Origin: Macrostomum lignano
Taxonomy: Eukaryota
Direction of reading: 5' to 3'
Length of the DNA: 64,000 bases
NCBI GenBank assembly: GCA_002269645.1
Contig: NIVC01001451.1
Coordinates: forward strand, 1 to 64,000
Under the pieces are notes generated by a model that saw only the letters and a program-made list of their open reading frames with translations, did no database searches and was not told where the DNA came from. A program made the translations under genes and the position numbers. Of the stretch, positions 12,145-24,203 are shown in pieces. The number at the start of each line of letters is the position of its first letter. The stretch's first letter is position 1.

Positions 12145-13503
12145 CGTGATTCAATAGTATTGCTTTGACTCTGTCCGACTATGAGCGTTATGATGCACAC
12201 AGGGCGTCAAAGAGAGTATCTAATATCCGTCATATAGCAATGCAGCGGGACGTTTATTCTCATAATTATTTAACCGGTTTAATAACTACGAAATCTAGTG
12301 ACCCTGGTTGGATGTATTTATTAACCGTGGTTACCACAGCATTCAAAATGTGACATAGTGACACGATGAACTTTGCTATAGGTTGCATGCACTGTAGTGT
12401 TGACTCACTAGCAGTGGAGTTGTTATTGATCGGCTTAGAGATTGTATTTTATTCCACCCCACCCCATGCGCGCGTTTGAATCTGTCTGCACCCACCACCT
12501 CAGTGCTAAATAATAAATGTTAACAGCCTAGCTCTCAAGCGAGCACCTTTTCCTCACTCCTGCAATTCCACACTTCTGCCTCGCTTAACAAAGTTATCAC
12601 ACAAAACTGTGCAGTCGTGCTCCATCGCTGACTGAATAACAAATTCGCGCAAAAACTCGTATAGCCAAAATATCAACCTTCCTTCGCTTTCTGAGGCACC
12701 ATATCTTAAATAAATATCTTAAAATTGTTTGGCAGTCATACCTGCCCATTATTTGGGTCACCGATTTCTAGTGGTTGCTGATAAATAATTGTTTTTTTAT
12801 TTCACCAGCGTGTCTCGAAAACTATTTTGGAATACATTTCATTAATTTAGAAAGTCCTAAACATATATATGAGCATAGATATGGAATATTTTATGCAAGA
12901 ACCATCTGATGCATTCAGCAAGTCGGTACGCATGTTTACGCAAAAGAACACCGAAAATGTTAGAGAAATTGCTTACTTATTTAACTTTATTATAACATTC
13001 AATATCATTGAAAAATGCTACAAAAACAAGACGGTATTTTTGTCTGAGACCTATTAAGGCTGTCTTGGTTCACAAGATCAACTGAATACATACTGATTCT
13101 GGACGGTTCAATCAGTCGGTCGTCGGTCCGTCGTTTGGAGACGGTTGACAGTACTTTAAGGAGCCATTATTTGATGCTGAATCAATCAGCGCCCCCCGTT
13201 GGGGAGCCAACAAAGAATATACTAAAACTTTTTTAATACACCCATGGACTACTCAAATACGGGGACGAGAAAATAGGCAAATCATAACAATTTTTTACGA
13301 GGCTGGTTTGTTATTAGCAGCGAGGATGACTGGCTGACTTATTTGCATGGAGCGATACTGTGTTACTTAATTGTTGTTTACGGTTATTGTTTATCAGCTA
13401 CAGCTTGTGCTACAGCTACGAGCGTATATCGACTGCAGGCTAGCAATAGACGCTGGCATTATAGCAGCTAAGTTTCTTTTTCTGCTTCTGTTGTTGGCTT
13501 AAA

Positions 13504-13638
13504 ATGCCAAGAAAGTGCAGCGTTGTTGGCTGTAAGTCAAATTACGAGTCCGAAGGATTAGTTACGAAAGTCCATCTGTTTCCAAAGGACTCGGTTGAGC
13601 GAGAGCGATGGAGAAAAGCCCTACCGAACACTCTGGAG
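13504..13638 (+). pseudogene. Orphan first exon of a THAP-domain protein
   Basis: MPRKCSVVGCKSNY..HLFPKDSVERERWRKAL matches the THAP N-terminal C-x4-C and FP..R..W signature. It ends at GAG|GTACGC; no second exon with the C..HF motif was found nearby. Confidence 0.8.
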
Positions 13639-13730
13639 GTACGCAATATTTACTGTAAGGTTAATTGTGCTAATATCTTTTTGTGAGTTACGCAGCGCGT
13701 TTTTCCTTTATTCCGCCTTTTAGTCCGTGA

Positions 13731-13758
13731 CTAGCAATCAACGCCCCCGTTGGGGAGC
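13731..13758 (-). mobile_element. Helitron-type 3' terminus (GC hairpin + CTAG|T)
   Basis: The minus strand reads GCTCCCCAACGGGGGC-GTTGATTG-CTAG then T. A decayed copy of the same motif lies at about 13178-13207. Confidence 0.55.
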
Positions 13759-14924
13759 AAAAGAAATGCAATACAGGTTTTTTTAATAAGCAACATGTAG
13801 CTAAGCCTTGAAATCTTAAAAAATCTCCTGTCAAACTTCTAACCATAACCCCAACCCTAACCATAACCCTAAATTTAATATTTTGTTCACGAGTTTTTGC
13901 ATGATGCTTGCATTATTTTTTTGCATGACGCTTCCATAAACATTTTAATAGGCTACATGAGCTAAGTTATAAGCTACCCTAACCCTAGCCCTAAGCCAAA
14001 TCTTAACGCTATACCCTGAACCTAACACTAAACCTTGAAACCCTAACACCAACCCTACAGCCTGACATTTGCATAAGTTTGTGAAGCGCTAAAGCACCAA
14101 ATTTTTGTGAACAGAATATTCTCAGTGACATGAAATATTTGAAGCTTTATTTATTTCCGCGATAGCACATCACTACAAAGAACGTGCATATACGCCTACC
14201 ATTTAATACTTGAATACTTTAAGTGTAGGACAATACGAAACTGCATGAATGAATTCGCCGAACTATTAAACATTTCTGTAAGTTTTACGATTATTATACA
14301 CAGTACAAAAAACTGTTTTATCCATTTTTAACTGCTATAACTAACAAAGAAGCAAACGGCAACAAAAACAATGTGCTTTTAATTAAATTTTAAACAACCG
14401 AAAATTGACGTTCAGCAGTTAAAACAATATTTAAACCAACCCATGTATTTATTCAAATGATATGATATGATCTTCTGCTGCTAATACGAGCGTAGCAAGT
14501 GAAAATTTGCAATAATGTAATAATTTATTAACAAAAGGATCGACTGTCGCTTCGGCAGATGGTGCCATCGACAAGCAGCCAGTATAGCTTTAGCGGTACA
14601 AAAATTTACATGTATATGCCATCCTGACTACCTGCCGACTCGCGTCACTGCTCAATTGCATGCATTCGGTGTAAGCAAATGTAGAGACATTCATTCTCAA
14701 ACCAAACATTAAGTCGCTCCGCTCTGCTTAAGGCTGCTACAGAGCTTGACTGCAAATGCTCCTTTTAGAGTCTGGAACCACAGGGTATACAGAGCAGCTC
14801 CTATACACCATTCACAAACTCTTTTAGCCCAGTTAAGATGCAGTCAACCTACTCTCAATGAGGGCTGCTTCATAAATTCCAATTATACATACAGGTTTGA
14901 CCTGCTTATACCTGTACTATATCT

Positions 14925-15180
14925 GTTTACTGACTGTATTTTATGGTCTGTTTAGAGGCTGTATTAGTGACTGTATTATTGTCTGTTTAGAGGCTGTATT
15001 GTCTGTTAAACGACTGTATTGTCTGTTTAGAGGCTGTATTGTCTGTTAAACGACTGTATTGTCTGTTTAAAGGCTGTATTGTGTGTTTAGAGGCTGTATT
15101 GTCTTTTTAGAGACTGCATTGTCTGTTTAGAGGCTGTATTGCCTGTTTAGGGACTGCATCATTCTGTTAAAAGACTGTAT
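14925..15180 (+). repeat. 20-bp minisatellite (GTCTGTTTAGAGGCTGTATT), short form
   Basis: About a dozen degenerate units; the same short form occurs at about 19377-19632 and 40370-40604. Confidence 0.95.
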
Positions 15181-15334
15181 TTATTGTGTAATTTCTACTT
15201 TAAGTACTGTTATATTTATGTCCCTATGAGTATAAGGAGGAATTTATGAAACATTCCTCGTAAATAGGATTTACTCAATGTGCTCTCTCAGGGCTATCAG
15301 TTCATTGAGACTCTACGCGACTTTGATTTCACTC

Positions 15335-16539
15335 TCAGCCATCAGACGCTCGGGTCAAAAAAGTGGCACGCGCCAACTGTGGCAACTCACTGATACGAAG
15401 TGCTGTTCTGTACGCTGTGATCATCGAACGACATTCTGCTCGACTCATCCTGACAGTCGGCACCTCCACTGCGGTGAAACTGACTCCGGTCATCACCCGT
15501 CGACACTCGTCAAATCGGGTATCGCCTTCCTTTGCATTCCTATACCAGTCAGCCAAGACTCTGGCTTCACCATCGTCACTGTTGCATTTTACGTCAGAGT
15601 TCGAGCATCCCAACGTGACGGAGCCCGAATACTCCTGCACCTTTGCTCTTCTTATGGACAAAACATCGCCGATGTTCCACCTGTCCACTTGAGCTGACGA
15701 CGAACCCCAAAACGTGCAGCTTACAGAGCCGAAGGTTCGGTCAACCAAAGTCACTTTGGCTACGTTAACCTTCTTCCCAGCACGCGTTCGGACTTTTTCA
15801 GGCGGTTGCCTGGCGTCGATCACTCCCAGCACATCGACGATTCTGATAGTGAAAGGGAGCAGTACTTTTTTTAACTATTTACACACTAACTTAAGCATCA
15901 CATTAGATTTCTAAAGTATTTGTACACTAACAGGAGCATCATGAAACTAATAACCCAGGCTTCGTACAGTGTTGCGATGATAAATATTTTCAAACACAAG
16001 ACAAACTAACTGTCACCCAAAAACACGATTACATGTACTTTAACTCCGCGATATTTGAGCACTAATACATGACGAAAACTACTAAATCAATTAGTCACTC
16101 ACCTGTCCAATCCAGTCTGTTGCAGTTGACTAGTGTAATTAATTACTGGATCTCGAGCAACCGGCACTTCGTTGCTTCTTTAGATGAAGCCCTTGGAATC
16201 CACGGAAACGGTCATCTCAAGTGGATTGTCCGTACACTTGTACTCTGGCTTGGCAGTCTTCACCATCCCGCCGGATATGCGAACGGCTTCAGCATCGTTG
16301 CAAACTTCCCAGACAGCTTGCAGGTCCTTACCGAAGACGCTGACTCGCATCTCAGATGAGTCGTCCACCAAGATGAACGAAAACACTTGGCCCTGACCTT
16401 TGTTGTTATTATACGTGTGAACGTCTTTCAGGTTCGTCACAAGGCCAGTGACAGGCGTAGGCATTTGACCAGCTGTCAGACCTGCAATCCCATCCTTCTT
16501 CGACTTCTTTTTCAAAGGTGACTGTGAATAAGAGGCCAT
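15335..16539 (-). pseudogene. RPA1-like OB-fold gene, unit 1 (in-frame stop in exon 1; 372-bp deletion fusing exons 2 and 3)
   Basis: Exon 1 reads MASYSQSPLKKKSKK..VTGLVTNLKDV..GQVFSFILVDDSSEMRVSVFG..VRISGGMVK..EYK (DBD-A-like). It splices in phase (GAC AG|A ATC) to exon 2, IVDVLGVI..VTLVD..SVSCTFWG..IGDVLSIRRAKVQEYSG..L..WY (DBD-B-like). Confidence 0.8.
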
Positions 16540-17403
16540 TTTGCACAAAGAATTATCCAACAGTCGAAAAAGGAACTGATAAAAAGTATCAATCAAACTT
16601 TTTCTAAGCAATGATAAGCTTTAACTTTAAGACAACAAAATAGGCTCAACAAATCACAAAGTATATATGTTGAAATAAAAGTAGCCACGAAAAAACACCA
16701 CCTCCCCTCCAGCCCAGTACATTGTACTCAATTTTGCATTCATTTTTATTTTTATTACACAATCTAATTGGCTGGACACACAACCCACCCCAATCACTCC
16801 CGTGCCCAGCATTAAAGCACACACTGCACCCTCTGCTGTAAGCTAAGGTCTCCTCACTTTTCTCACCTGATACTTTTGTTTGTTTGCTATCTCGTTTTAT
16901 GGTGACACAATTCTCACCGACTGACTCAGCAAGTGTAGGCAATACTTTAAGAGTTCGCGGTTGCATGTACTTCACTGTACAAACAAAACTTGTATGGCGC
17001 GGCTGACTGGTTCAGCCATTTTCGCACCTTCTAAGCCGGGAAAGAAAAACAGGCGACCCTCAAGTCAGGCTGCATGGCCACCAGTACGCTAGACAATTTG
17101 TAGACCAATCGCCGCTCTAAAGCCCCGACCTGCACACCCTCGCTTGCACAACCGACCAATAGGAAGCCTCAGACTTGTACAGAAAATCACCCTAAGGCTC
17201 AGCGAAGCGACGACGCACAACCCATAACCCCTATTTTATTCGCCCCTACACCTCAGTTTCAGTGCTTATATAGTCTGATTTATACATTTAGAGTCATATA
17301 TTTCTATATTAGAGTCATCTAATTGTAGCCTGTTACTGACTTTCATGCTACTCGTATTATTACTGATAAATTTGCAAAAATTTTCTCCTCTTTTAATTGC
17401 CAG

Positions 17404-18131
17404 TTGTTTGTTTCTTCTGCGGAGGCCGCCACCGCGTAGCCAGCTGTAACGCTATGAAGGCCGCCGCCCGCCATTTGCAGCAGCAACAGCAGCCGCAGCA
17501 ACAGCAGCCGCAGCAACAGCAGCCGCAGCAACAGCAGCCGCAGCAACAGCAGCCGCAGCAACAGCAGCCGCAGCAACAGCAGCCGCAGCAACAGCAGCCG
17601 CAGCAACAGCAGCCACAGCAACAGCAGCCACAGCAACAGCAGCCGCAGCAACAGCAGCCGCAGCAACAGCAGCCGCAGCAACAGCAGCCGCAGCAACAGC
17701 AGCCACAGCAACAGCAGCCGCAGCAACAGCAGCCGCAGCAACAGCAGCCGCAGCAACAGCAGCCGCAGCAACAGCAGCCGCAGCAACAGCAGCCGCAGCA
17801 ACAGCAGCCGCAGCAACAGCAGCCGCAGCAACAGCAGCCACAGCAACAGCAGCCGCAGCAACAGCAGCCGCAGCAACAGCAGCCGCAGCAACAGCAGCCG
17901 CAGCAACAGCAGCCGCAGCAACAGCAGCCGCAGCAACAGCAGCCGCAGCAACAGCAGCCGCAGCAACAGCAGCCGCAGCAACAGCAGCCGCAGCAACAGC
18001 AGCCGCAGCAACAGCAGCCGCAGCAACAGCAGCCGCAGCAACAGCAGCCACAGCAACAGCAGCCGCAGCAACAGCAGCCGCAGCAACAGCAGCCGCAGCA
18101 GCCATCGCCACGCAGAATGAAAATTGACTAA
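17404..18131 (+). pseudogene. Zinc-knuckle/(QQQQP)41 exon lacking the RGG first exon, unit 1
   Basis: Acceptor TTGCCAG at 17403 is retained; the upstream ATG/RGG exon is deleted. The 15-bp unit CAGCAACAGCAGCCR spans 17481-18095. Confidence 0.7.
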
Positions 18132-18434
18132 AAATTTTAATAATACAATAGTAACAATTTACTGAACGTTTTTTGACTTTTGATTAAAATCCGTGATAGA
18201 CTTATTTAATTTTTCGAACTTTTGAAACGATGACGCACCAGTGAAAAGTTTTGATAACAGAATGTTCTAATGACGTGAAATATTTGGAGTAAAATTCATT
18301 TCCGCCATAGGATGTCATTACAAAGAAGGACCCTACATATACACGTACCATTTCATACTTGCATACAGAACGAAAAAAGAATGGAATACATTTTTAATTA
18401 ATAAATAAGCTACATGAACTAAGTCATAAACAAA

Positions 18435-18458
18435 CCCTAACCCTAACCCTAGCCCTAA
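18435..18458 (+). repeat. Interstitial telomere-like repeats (CCCTAA/CCCTAG x4)
   Basis: Also at 22887-22910 and 28786-28809, with degenerate blocks at about 13842-13872 and 13977-14058. Confidence 0.8.
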
Positions 18459-19786
18459 CGCCAATCTGAACACTAACCCTATACAAGCCTAAACTTAAAA
18501 CCAAACCTATGGCCTGGCATCTGCATAAGTTTGTGAACCGCACCAGTACAAAGTTTTGTGAACAGAATATTCTAATGCCATGAAATATTCGAAGTACAAA
18601 TTTTCGCCATAGCATGTCATTAAAAAGAATGACCGTTGCATATACACTTACCATTTCATACTTGCTTACTTTGAAAGTAGAACAATACGAAACTGCATGA
18701 ATGAATTCGCCGAACTATTAAACATTTCTGTAAGTTTTACGATTATTATACACAGTACAAAAAACTGTTTTATCCATTTTTAACTGCTATAACTAACAAA
18801 GAAGCAAACGGCAACAAAAACAATGTGCTTTTAATTAAATTTTAAACAACCGAAAATTGACGTTCAGCAGTTAAAACAATATTTAAACCAACCCATGTAT
18901 TTATTCAAATGATATGATATGATCTTCTGCTGCTAATACGAGCGTAGCAAGTGAAAATTTGCAATAATGTAATAATTTATTAACAAAAGGATCGACTGTC
19001 GCTTCGGCAGATGGTGCCATCGACAAGCAGCCAGTATAGCTTTAGCGGTACAAAAATTTACATGTATATGCCATCCTGACTACCTGCCGACTCGCGTCAC
19101 TGCTCAATTGCATGCATTCGGTGTAAGCAAATGTAGAGACATTCATTCTCAAACCAAACATTAAGTCGCTCCGCTCTGCTTAAGGCTGCTACAGAGCTTG
19201 ACTGCAAATGCTCCTTTTAGAGTCTGGAACCACAGGGTATACAGAGCAGCTCCTATACACCATTCACAAACTCTTTTAGCCCAGTTAAGATGCAGTCAAC
19301 CTACTCTCAATGAGGGCTGCTTCATAAATTCCAATTATACATACAGGTTTGACCTGCTTATACCTGTACTATATCTGTTTACTGACTGTATTTTATGGTC
19401 TGTTTAGAGGCTGTATTAGTGACTGTATTATTGTCTGTTTAGAGGCTGTATTGTCTGTTAAACGACTGTATTGTCTGTTTAGAGGCTGTATTGTCTGTTA
19501 AACGACTGTATTGTCTGTTTAAAGGCTGTATTGTGTGTTTAGAGGCTGTATTGTCTTTTTAGAGACTGCATTGTCTGTTTAGAGGCTGTATTGCCTGTTT
19601 AGGGACTGCATCATTCTGTTAAAAGACTGTATTTATTGTGTAATTTCTACTTTAAGTACTGTTATATTTATGTCCCTATGAGTATAAGGAGGAATTTATG
19701 AAACATTCCTCGTAAATAGGATTTACTCAATGTGCTCTCTCAGGGCTATCAGTTCATTGAGACTCTACGCGACTTTGATTTCACTC

Positions 19787-20991
19787 TCAGCCATCAGACG
19801 CTCGGGTCAAAAAAGTGGCACGCGCCAACTGTGGCAACTCACTGATACGAAGTGCTGTTCTGTACGCTGTGATCATCGAACGACATTCTGCTCGACTCAT
19901 CCTGACAGTCGGCACCTCCACTGCGGTGAAACTGACTCCGGTCATCACCCGTCGACACTCGTCAAATCGGGTATCGCCTTCCTTTGCATTCCTATACCAG
20001 TCAGCCAAGACTCTGGCTTCACCATCGTCACTGTTGCATTTTACGTCAGAGTTCGAGCATCCCAACGTGACGGAGCCCGAATACTCCTGCACCTTTGCTC
20101 TTCTTATGGACAAAACATCGCCGATGTTCCACCTGTCCACTTGAGCTGACGACGAACCCCAAAACGTGCAGCTTACAGAGCCGAAGGTTCGGTCAACCAA
20201 AGTCACTTTGGCTACGTTAACCTTCTTCCCAGCACGCGTTCGGACTTTTTCAGGCGGTTGCCTGGCGTCGATCACTCCCAGCACATCGACGATTCTGATA
20301 GTGAAAGGGAGCAGTACTTTTTTTAACTATTTACACACTAACTTAAGCATCACATTAGATTTCTAAAGTATTTGTACACTAACAGGAGCATCATGAAACT
20401 AATAACCCAGGCTTCGTACAGTGTTGCGATGATAAATATTTTCAAACACAAGACAAACTAACTGTCACCCAAAAACACGATTACATGTACTTTAACTCCG
20501 CGATATTTGAGCACTAATACATGACGAAAACTACTAAATCAATTAGTCACTCACCTGTCCAATCCAGTCTGTTGCAGTTGACTAGTGTAATTAATTACTG
20601 GATCTCGAGCAACCGGCACTTCGTTGCTTCTTTAGATGAAGCCCTTGGAATCCACGGAAACGGTCATCTCAAGTGGATTGTCCGTACACTTGTACTCTGG
20701 CTTGGCAGTCTTCACCATCCCGCCGGATATGCGAACGGCTTCAGCATCGTTGCAAACTTCCCAGACAGCTTGCAGGTCCTTACCGAAGACGCTGACTCGC
20801 ATCTCAGATGAGTCGTCCACCAAGATGAACGAAAACACTTGGCCCTGACCTTTGTTGTTATTATACGTGTGAACGTCTTTCAGGTTCGTCACAAGGCCAG
20901 TGACAGGCGTAGGCATTTGACCAGCTGTCAGACCTGCAATCCCATCCTTCTTCGACTTCTTTTTCAAAGGTGACTGTGAATAAGAGGCCAT
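19787..20991 (-). pseudogene. RPA1-like OB-fold gene, unit 2
   Basis: Same structure as unit 1 at +4452. Confidence 0.8.
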
Positions 20992-21855
20992 TTTGCACAA
21001 AGAATTATCCAACAGTCGAAAAAGGAACTGATAAAAAGTATCAATCAAACTTTTTCTAAGCAATGATAAGCTTTAACTTTAAGACAACAAAATAGGCTCA
21101 ACAAATCACAAAGTATATATGTTGAAATAAAAGTAGCCACGAAAAAACACCACCTCCCCTCCAGCCCAGTACATTGTACTCAATTTTGCATTCATTTTTA
21201 TTTTTATTACACAATCTAATTGGCTGGACACACAACCCACCCCAATCACTCCCGTGCCCAGCATTAAAGCACACACTGCACCCTCTGCTGTAAGCTAAGG
21301 TCTCCTCACTTTTCTCACCTGATACTTTTGTTTGTTTGCTATCTCGTTTTATGGTGACACAATTCTCACCGACTGACTCAGCAAGTGTAGGCAATACTTT
21401 AAGAGTTCGCGGTTGCATGTACTTCACTGTACAAACAAAACTTGTATGGCGCGGCTGACTGGTTCAGCCATTTTCGCACCTTCTAAGCCGGGAAAGAAAA
21501 ACAGGCGACCCTCAAGTCAGGCTGCATGGCCACCAGTACGCTAGACAATTTGTAGACCAATCGCCGCTCTAAAGCCCCGACCTGCACACCCTCGCTTGCA
21601 CAACCGACCAATAGGAAGCCTCAGACTTGTACAGAAAACCACCCTAAGGCTCAGCGAAGCGACGACGCACAACCCATAACCCCTATTTTATTCGCCCCTA
21701 CACCTCAGTTTCAGTGCTTATATAGTCTGATTTATACATTTAGAGTCATATATTTCTATATTAGAGTCATCTAATTGTAGCCTGTTACTGACTTTCATGC
21801 TACTCGTATTATTACTGATAAATTTGCAAAAATTTTCTCCTCTTTTAATTGCCAG

Positions 21856-22583
21856 TTGTTTGTTTCTTCTGCGGAGGCCGCCACCGCGTAGCCAGCTGTA
21901 ACGCTATGAAGGCCGCCGCCCGCCATTTGCAGCAGCAACAGCAGCCGCAGCAACAGCAGCCGCAGCAACAGCAGCCGCAGCAACAGCAGCCGCAGCAACA
22001 GCAGCCGCAGCAACAGCAGCCGCAGCAACAGCAGCCGCAGCAACAGCAGCCGCAGCAACAGCAGCCACAGCAACAGCAGCCACAGCAACAGCAGCCGCAG
22101 CAACAGCAGCCGCAGCAACAGCAGCCGCAGCAACAGCAGCCGCAGCAACAGCAGCCACAGCAACAGCAGCCGCAGCAACAGCAGCCGCAGCAACAGCAGC
22201 CGCAGCAACAGCAGCCGCAGCAACAGCAGCCGCAGCAACAGCAGCCGCAGCAACAGCAGCCGCAGCAACAGCAGCCGCAGCAACAGCAGCCACAGCAACA
22301 GCAGCCGCAGCAACAGCAGCCGCAGCAACAGCAGCCGCAGCAACAGCAGCCGCAGCAACAGCAGCCGCAGCAACAGCAGCCGCAGCAACAGCAGCCGCAG
22401 CAACAGCAGCCGCAGCAACAGCAGCCGCAGCAACAGCAGCCGCAGCAACAGCAGCCGCAGCAACAGCAGCCGCAGCAACAGCAGCCGCAGCAACAGCAGC
22501 CACAGCAACAGCAGCCGCAGCAACAGCAGCCGCAGCAACAGCAGCCGCAGCAGCCATCGCCACGCAGAATGAAAATTGACTAA
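21856..22583 (+). pseudogene. Zinc-knuckle/(QQQQP)41 exon, unit 2
   Basis: Copy of unit 1 at +4452. Confidence 0.7.
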
Positions 22584-23885
22584 AAATTTTAATAATACAA
22601 TAGTAACAATTTACTGAACGTTTTTTGACTTTTGATTAAAATCCGTGATAGACTTATTTAATTTTTCGAACTTTTGAAACGATGACGCACCAGTGAAAAG
22701 TTTTGATAACAGAATGTTCTAATGACGTGAAATATTTGGAGTAAAATTCATTTCCGCCATAGGATGTCATTACAAAGAAGGACCCTACATATACACGTAC
22801 CATTTCATACTTGCATACAGAACGAAAAAAGAATGGAATACATTTTTAATTAATAAATAAGCTACATGAACTAAGTCATAAACAAACCCTAACCCTAACC
22901 CTAGCCCTAACGCCAATCTGAACACTAACCCTATACAAGCCTAACCTTAAAACCAAACCTATGGCCTGGCATCTGCATAAGTTTGTGAACCGCACCAGTA
23001 CAAAGTTTTGTGAACAGAATATTCTAATGCCATGAAATATTCGAAGTACAAATTTTCGCCATAGCATGTCATTAAAAAGAATGACCGTTGCATATACACT
23101 TACCATTTCATACTTGCTTACTTTGAAAGTAGAACAATACGAAACTGCATGAATGAATTCGCCGAACTATTAAACATTTCTGTAAGTTTTACGATTATTA
23201 TACACAGTACAAAAAACTGTTTTATCCATTTTTAACTGCTATAACTAACAAAGAAGCAAACGGCAACAAAAACAATGTGCTTTTAATTAAATTTTAAACA
23301 ACCGAAAATTGACGTTCAGCAGTTAAAACAATATTTAAACCAACCCATGTATTTATTCAAATGATATGATATGATCTTCTGCTGCTAATACGAGCGTAGC
23401 AAGTGAAAATTTGCAATAATGTAATAATTTATTAACAAAAGGATCGACTGTCGCTTCAGCAGATGATGCCATCGACAAGCAGCCAGTATAGCTTTAGCGG
23501 TACAAAAATTTACATGTATATGCCATCCTGACTACCTGCCGACTCGCGTCACTGCTCAATTGCATGCATTCGGTGTAAGCAAATGTAGAGACACTCATTC
23601 TCAAACCAAACATTGAGTCGCTCAGCTCTGCTTAAGGCTGCTACAGAGCTTGACTGCAAATGCTCCTTTTAGAGTCTGGAACCACAGGGTATATAGAGCA
23701 GCTCCTATACACCATTCACAAACTCTTTTAGCCCAGTTAAGATGCAGTCAACCTACTCTCAATGAGGGCTGCTTCATAAATTCCAATTATACATACATGT
23801 TTGACCTGCTTATACCTGTACTATTTCTGTTTACTGACTGTATTTTATGGTCTGTTTAGAGGCTGTATTTTATGGTCTGTTTAAA

Positions 23886-24160
23886 CCCCAAAAGACTAAC
23901 GCAGAATAAAAGCAAGTGGCACAAAAGACCGGCAGACGCGGCCCAGAAAGGGAAAACGAACCCCTTAAGCGACGAAATATATTGATTTTGTAATTTAAAA
24001 GAGAAAAAAATATTTTGCCAAAATTACGCCGACTCAGCGGCCGCGACGCGTGACTAAATAGCACAGAGCGGGGGGGAGGCTGCCCTAAGCCCTGCACGCA
24101 CGCAGAGCACCAGCACCCCACCAACCCACCAAAGCGAGGCCAGGCCGGCGCGGGGGGGGG
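23886..24160. mobile_element. About 275-bp insert flanked by TTTAAA (possible MITE)
   Basis: TTTAAA|CCCC...GGGG|TTTAAA. Present in units 3-5 (also 29785-30058 and 35127-35400) and absent in units 1, 2 and 6. Inverted terminal match is short. Confidence 0.45.
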
Positions 24161-24203
24161 TTTAAAACCAGTTAAAGTCAGATACCTGCCTCAAACTGAC
24201 GTA

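Noticed and set aside
14746-14955. Recurrent 69-aa ORF MTANAPF.. and the 109-aa ORF MKYMQP..
   Set aside because: They recur only because the unit is repeated. They start at TTG/GTG, have no domain, and the latter overlaps a predicted 5' UTR intron of the RPA-like gene.
5995-16182. Ciliate-type code (TAA/TAG = Gln), suggested by TAA in Copia pol and in the RPA-like exon and TAG in Gypsy
   Set aside because: ORFs of about 900-1000 aa contain no TAR codons, and Copia pol and LINE ORF1 terminate at TAA in the expected places. Isolated point mutations explain the cases.
17343-18111. Poly-Leu and poly-Ala antisense ORFs (also in the other units)
   Set aside because: They are alternative frames of the CAG-rich minisatellite; only the plus-strand Q frame has a splice acceptor and a zinc knuckle.
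18435-18458. True telomere or chromosome end
   Set aside because: Only four imperfect units, embedded within each repeat unit.
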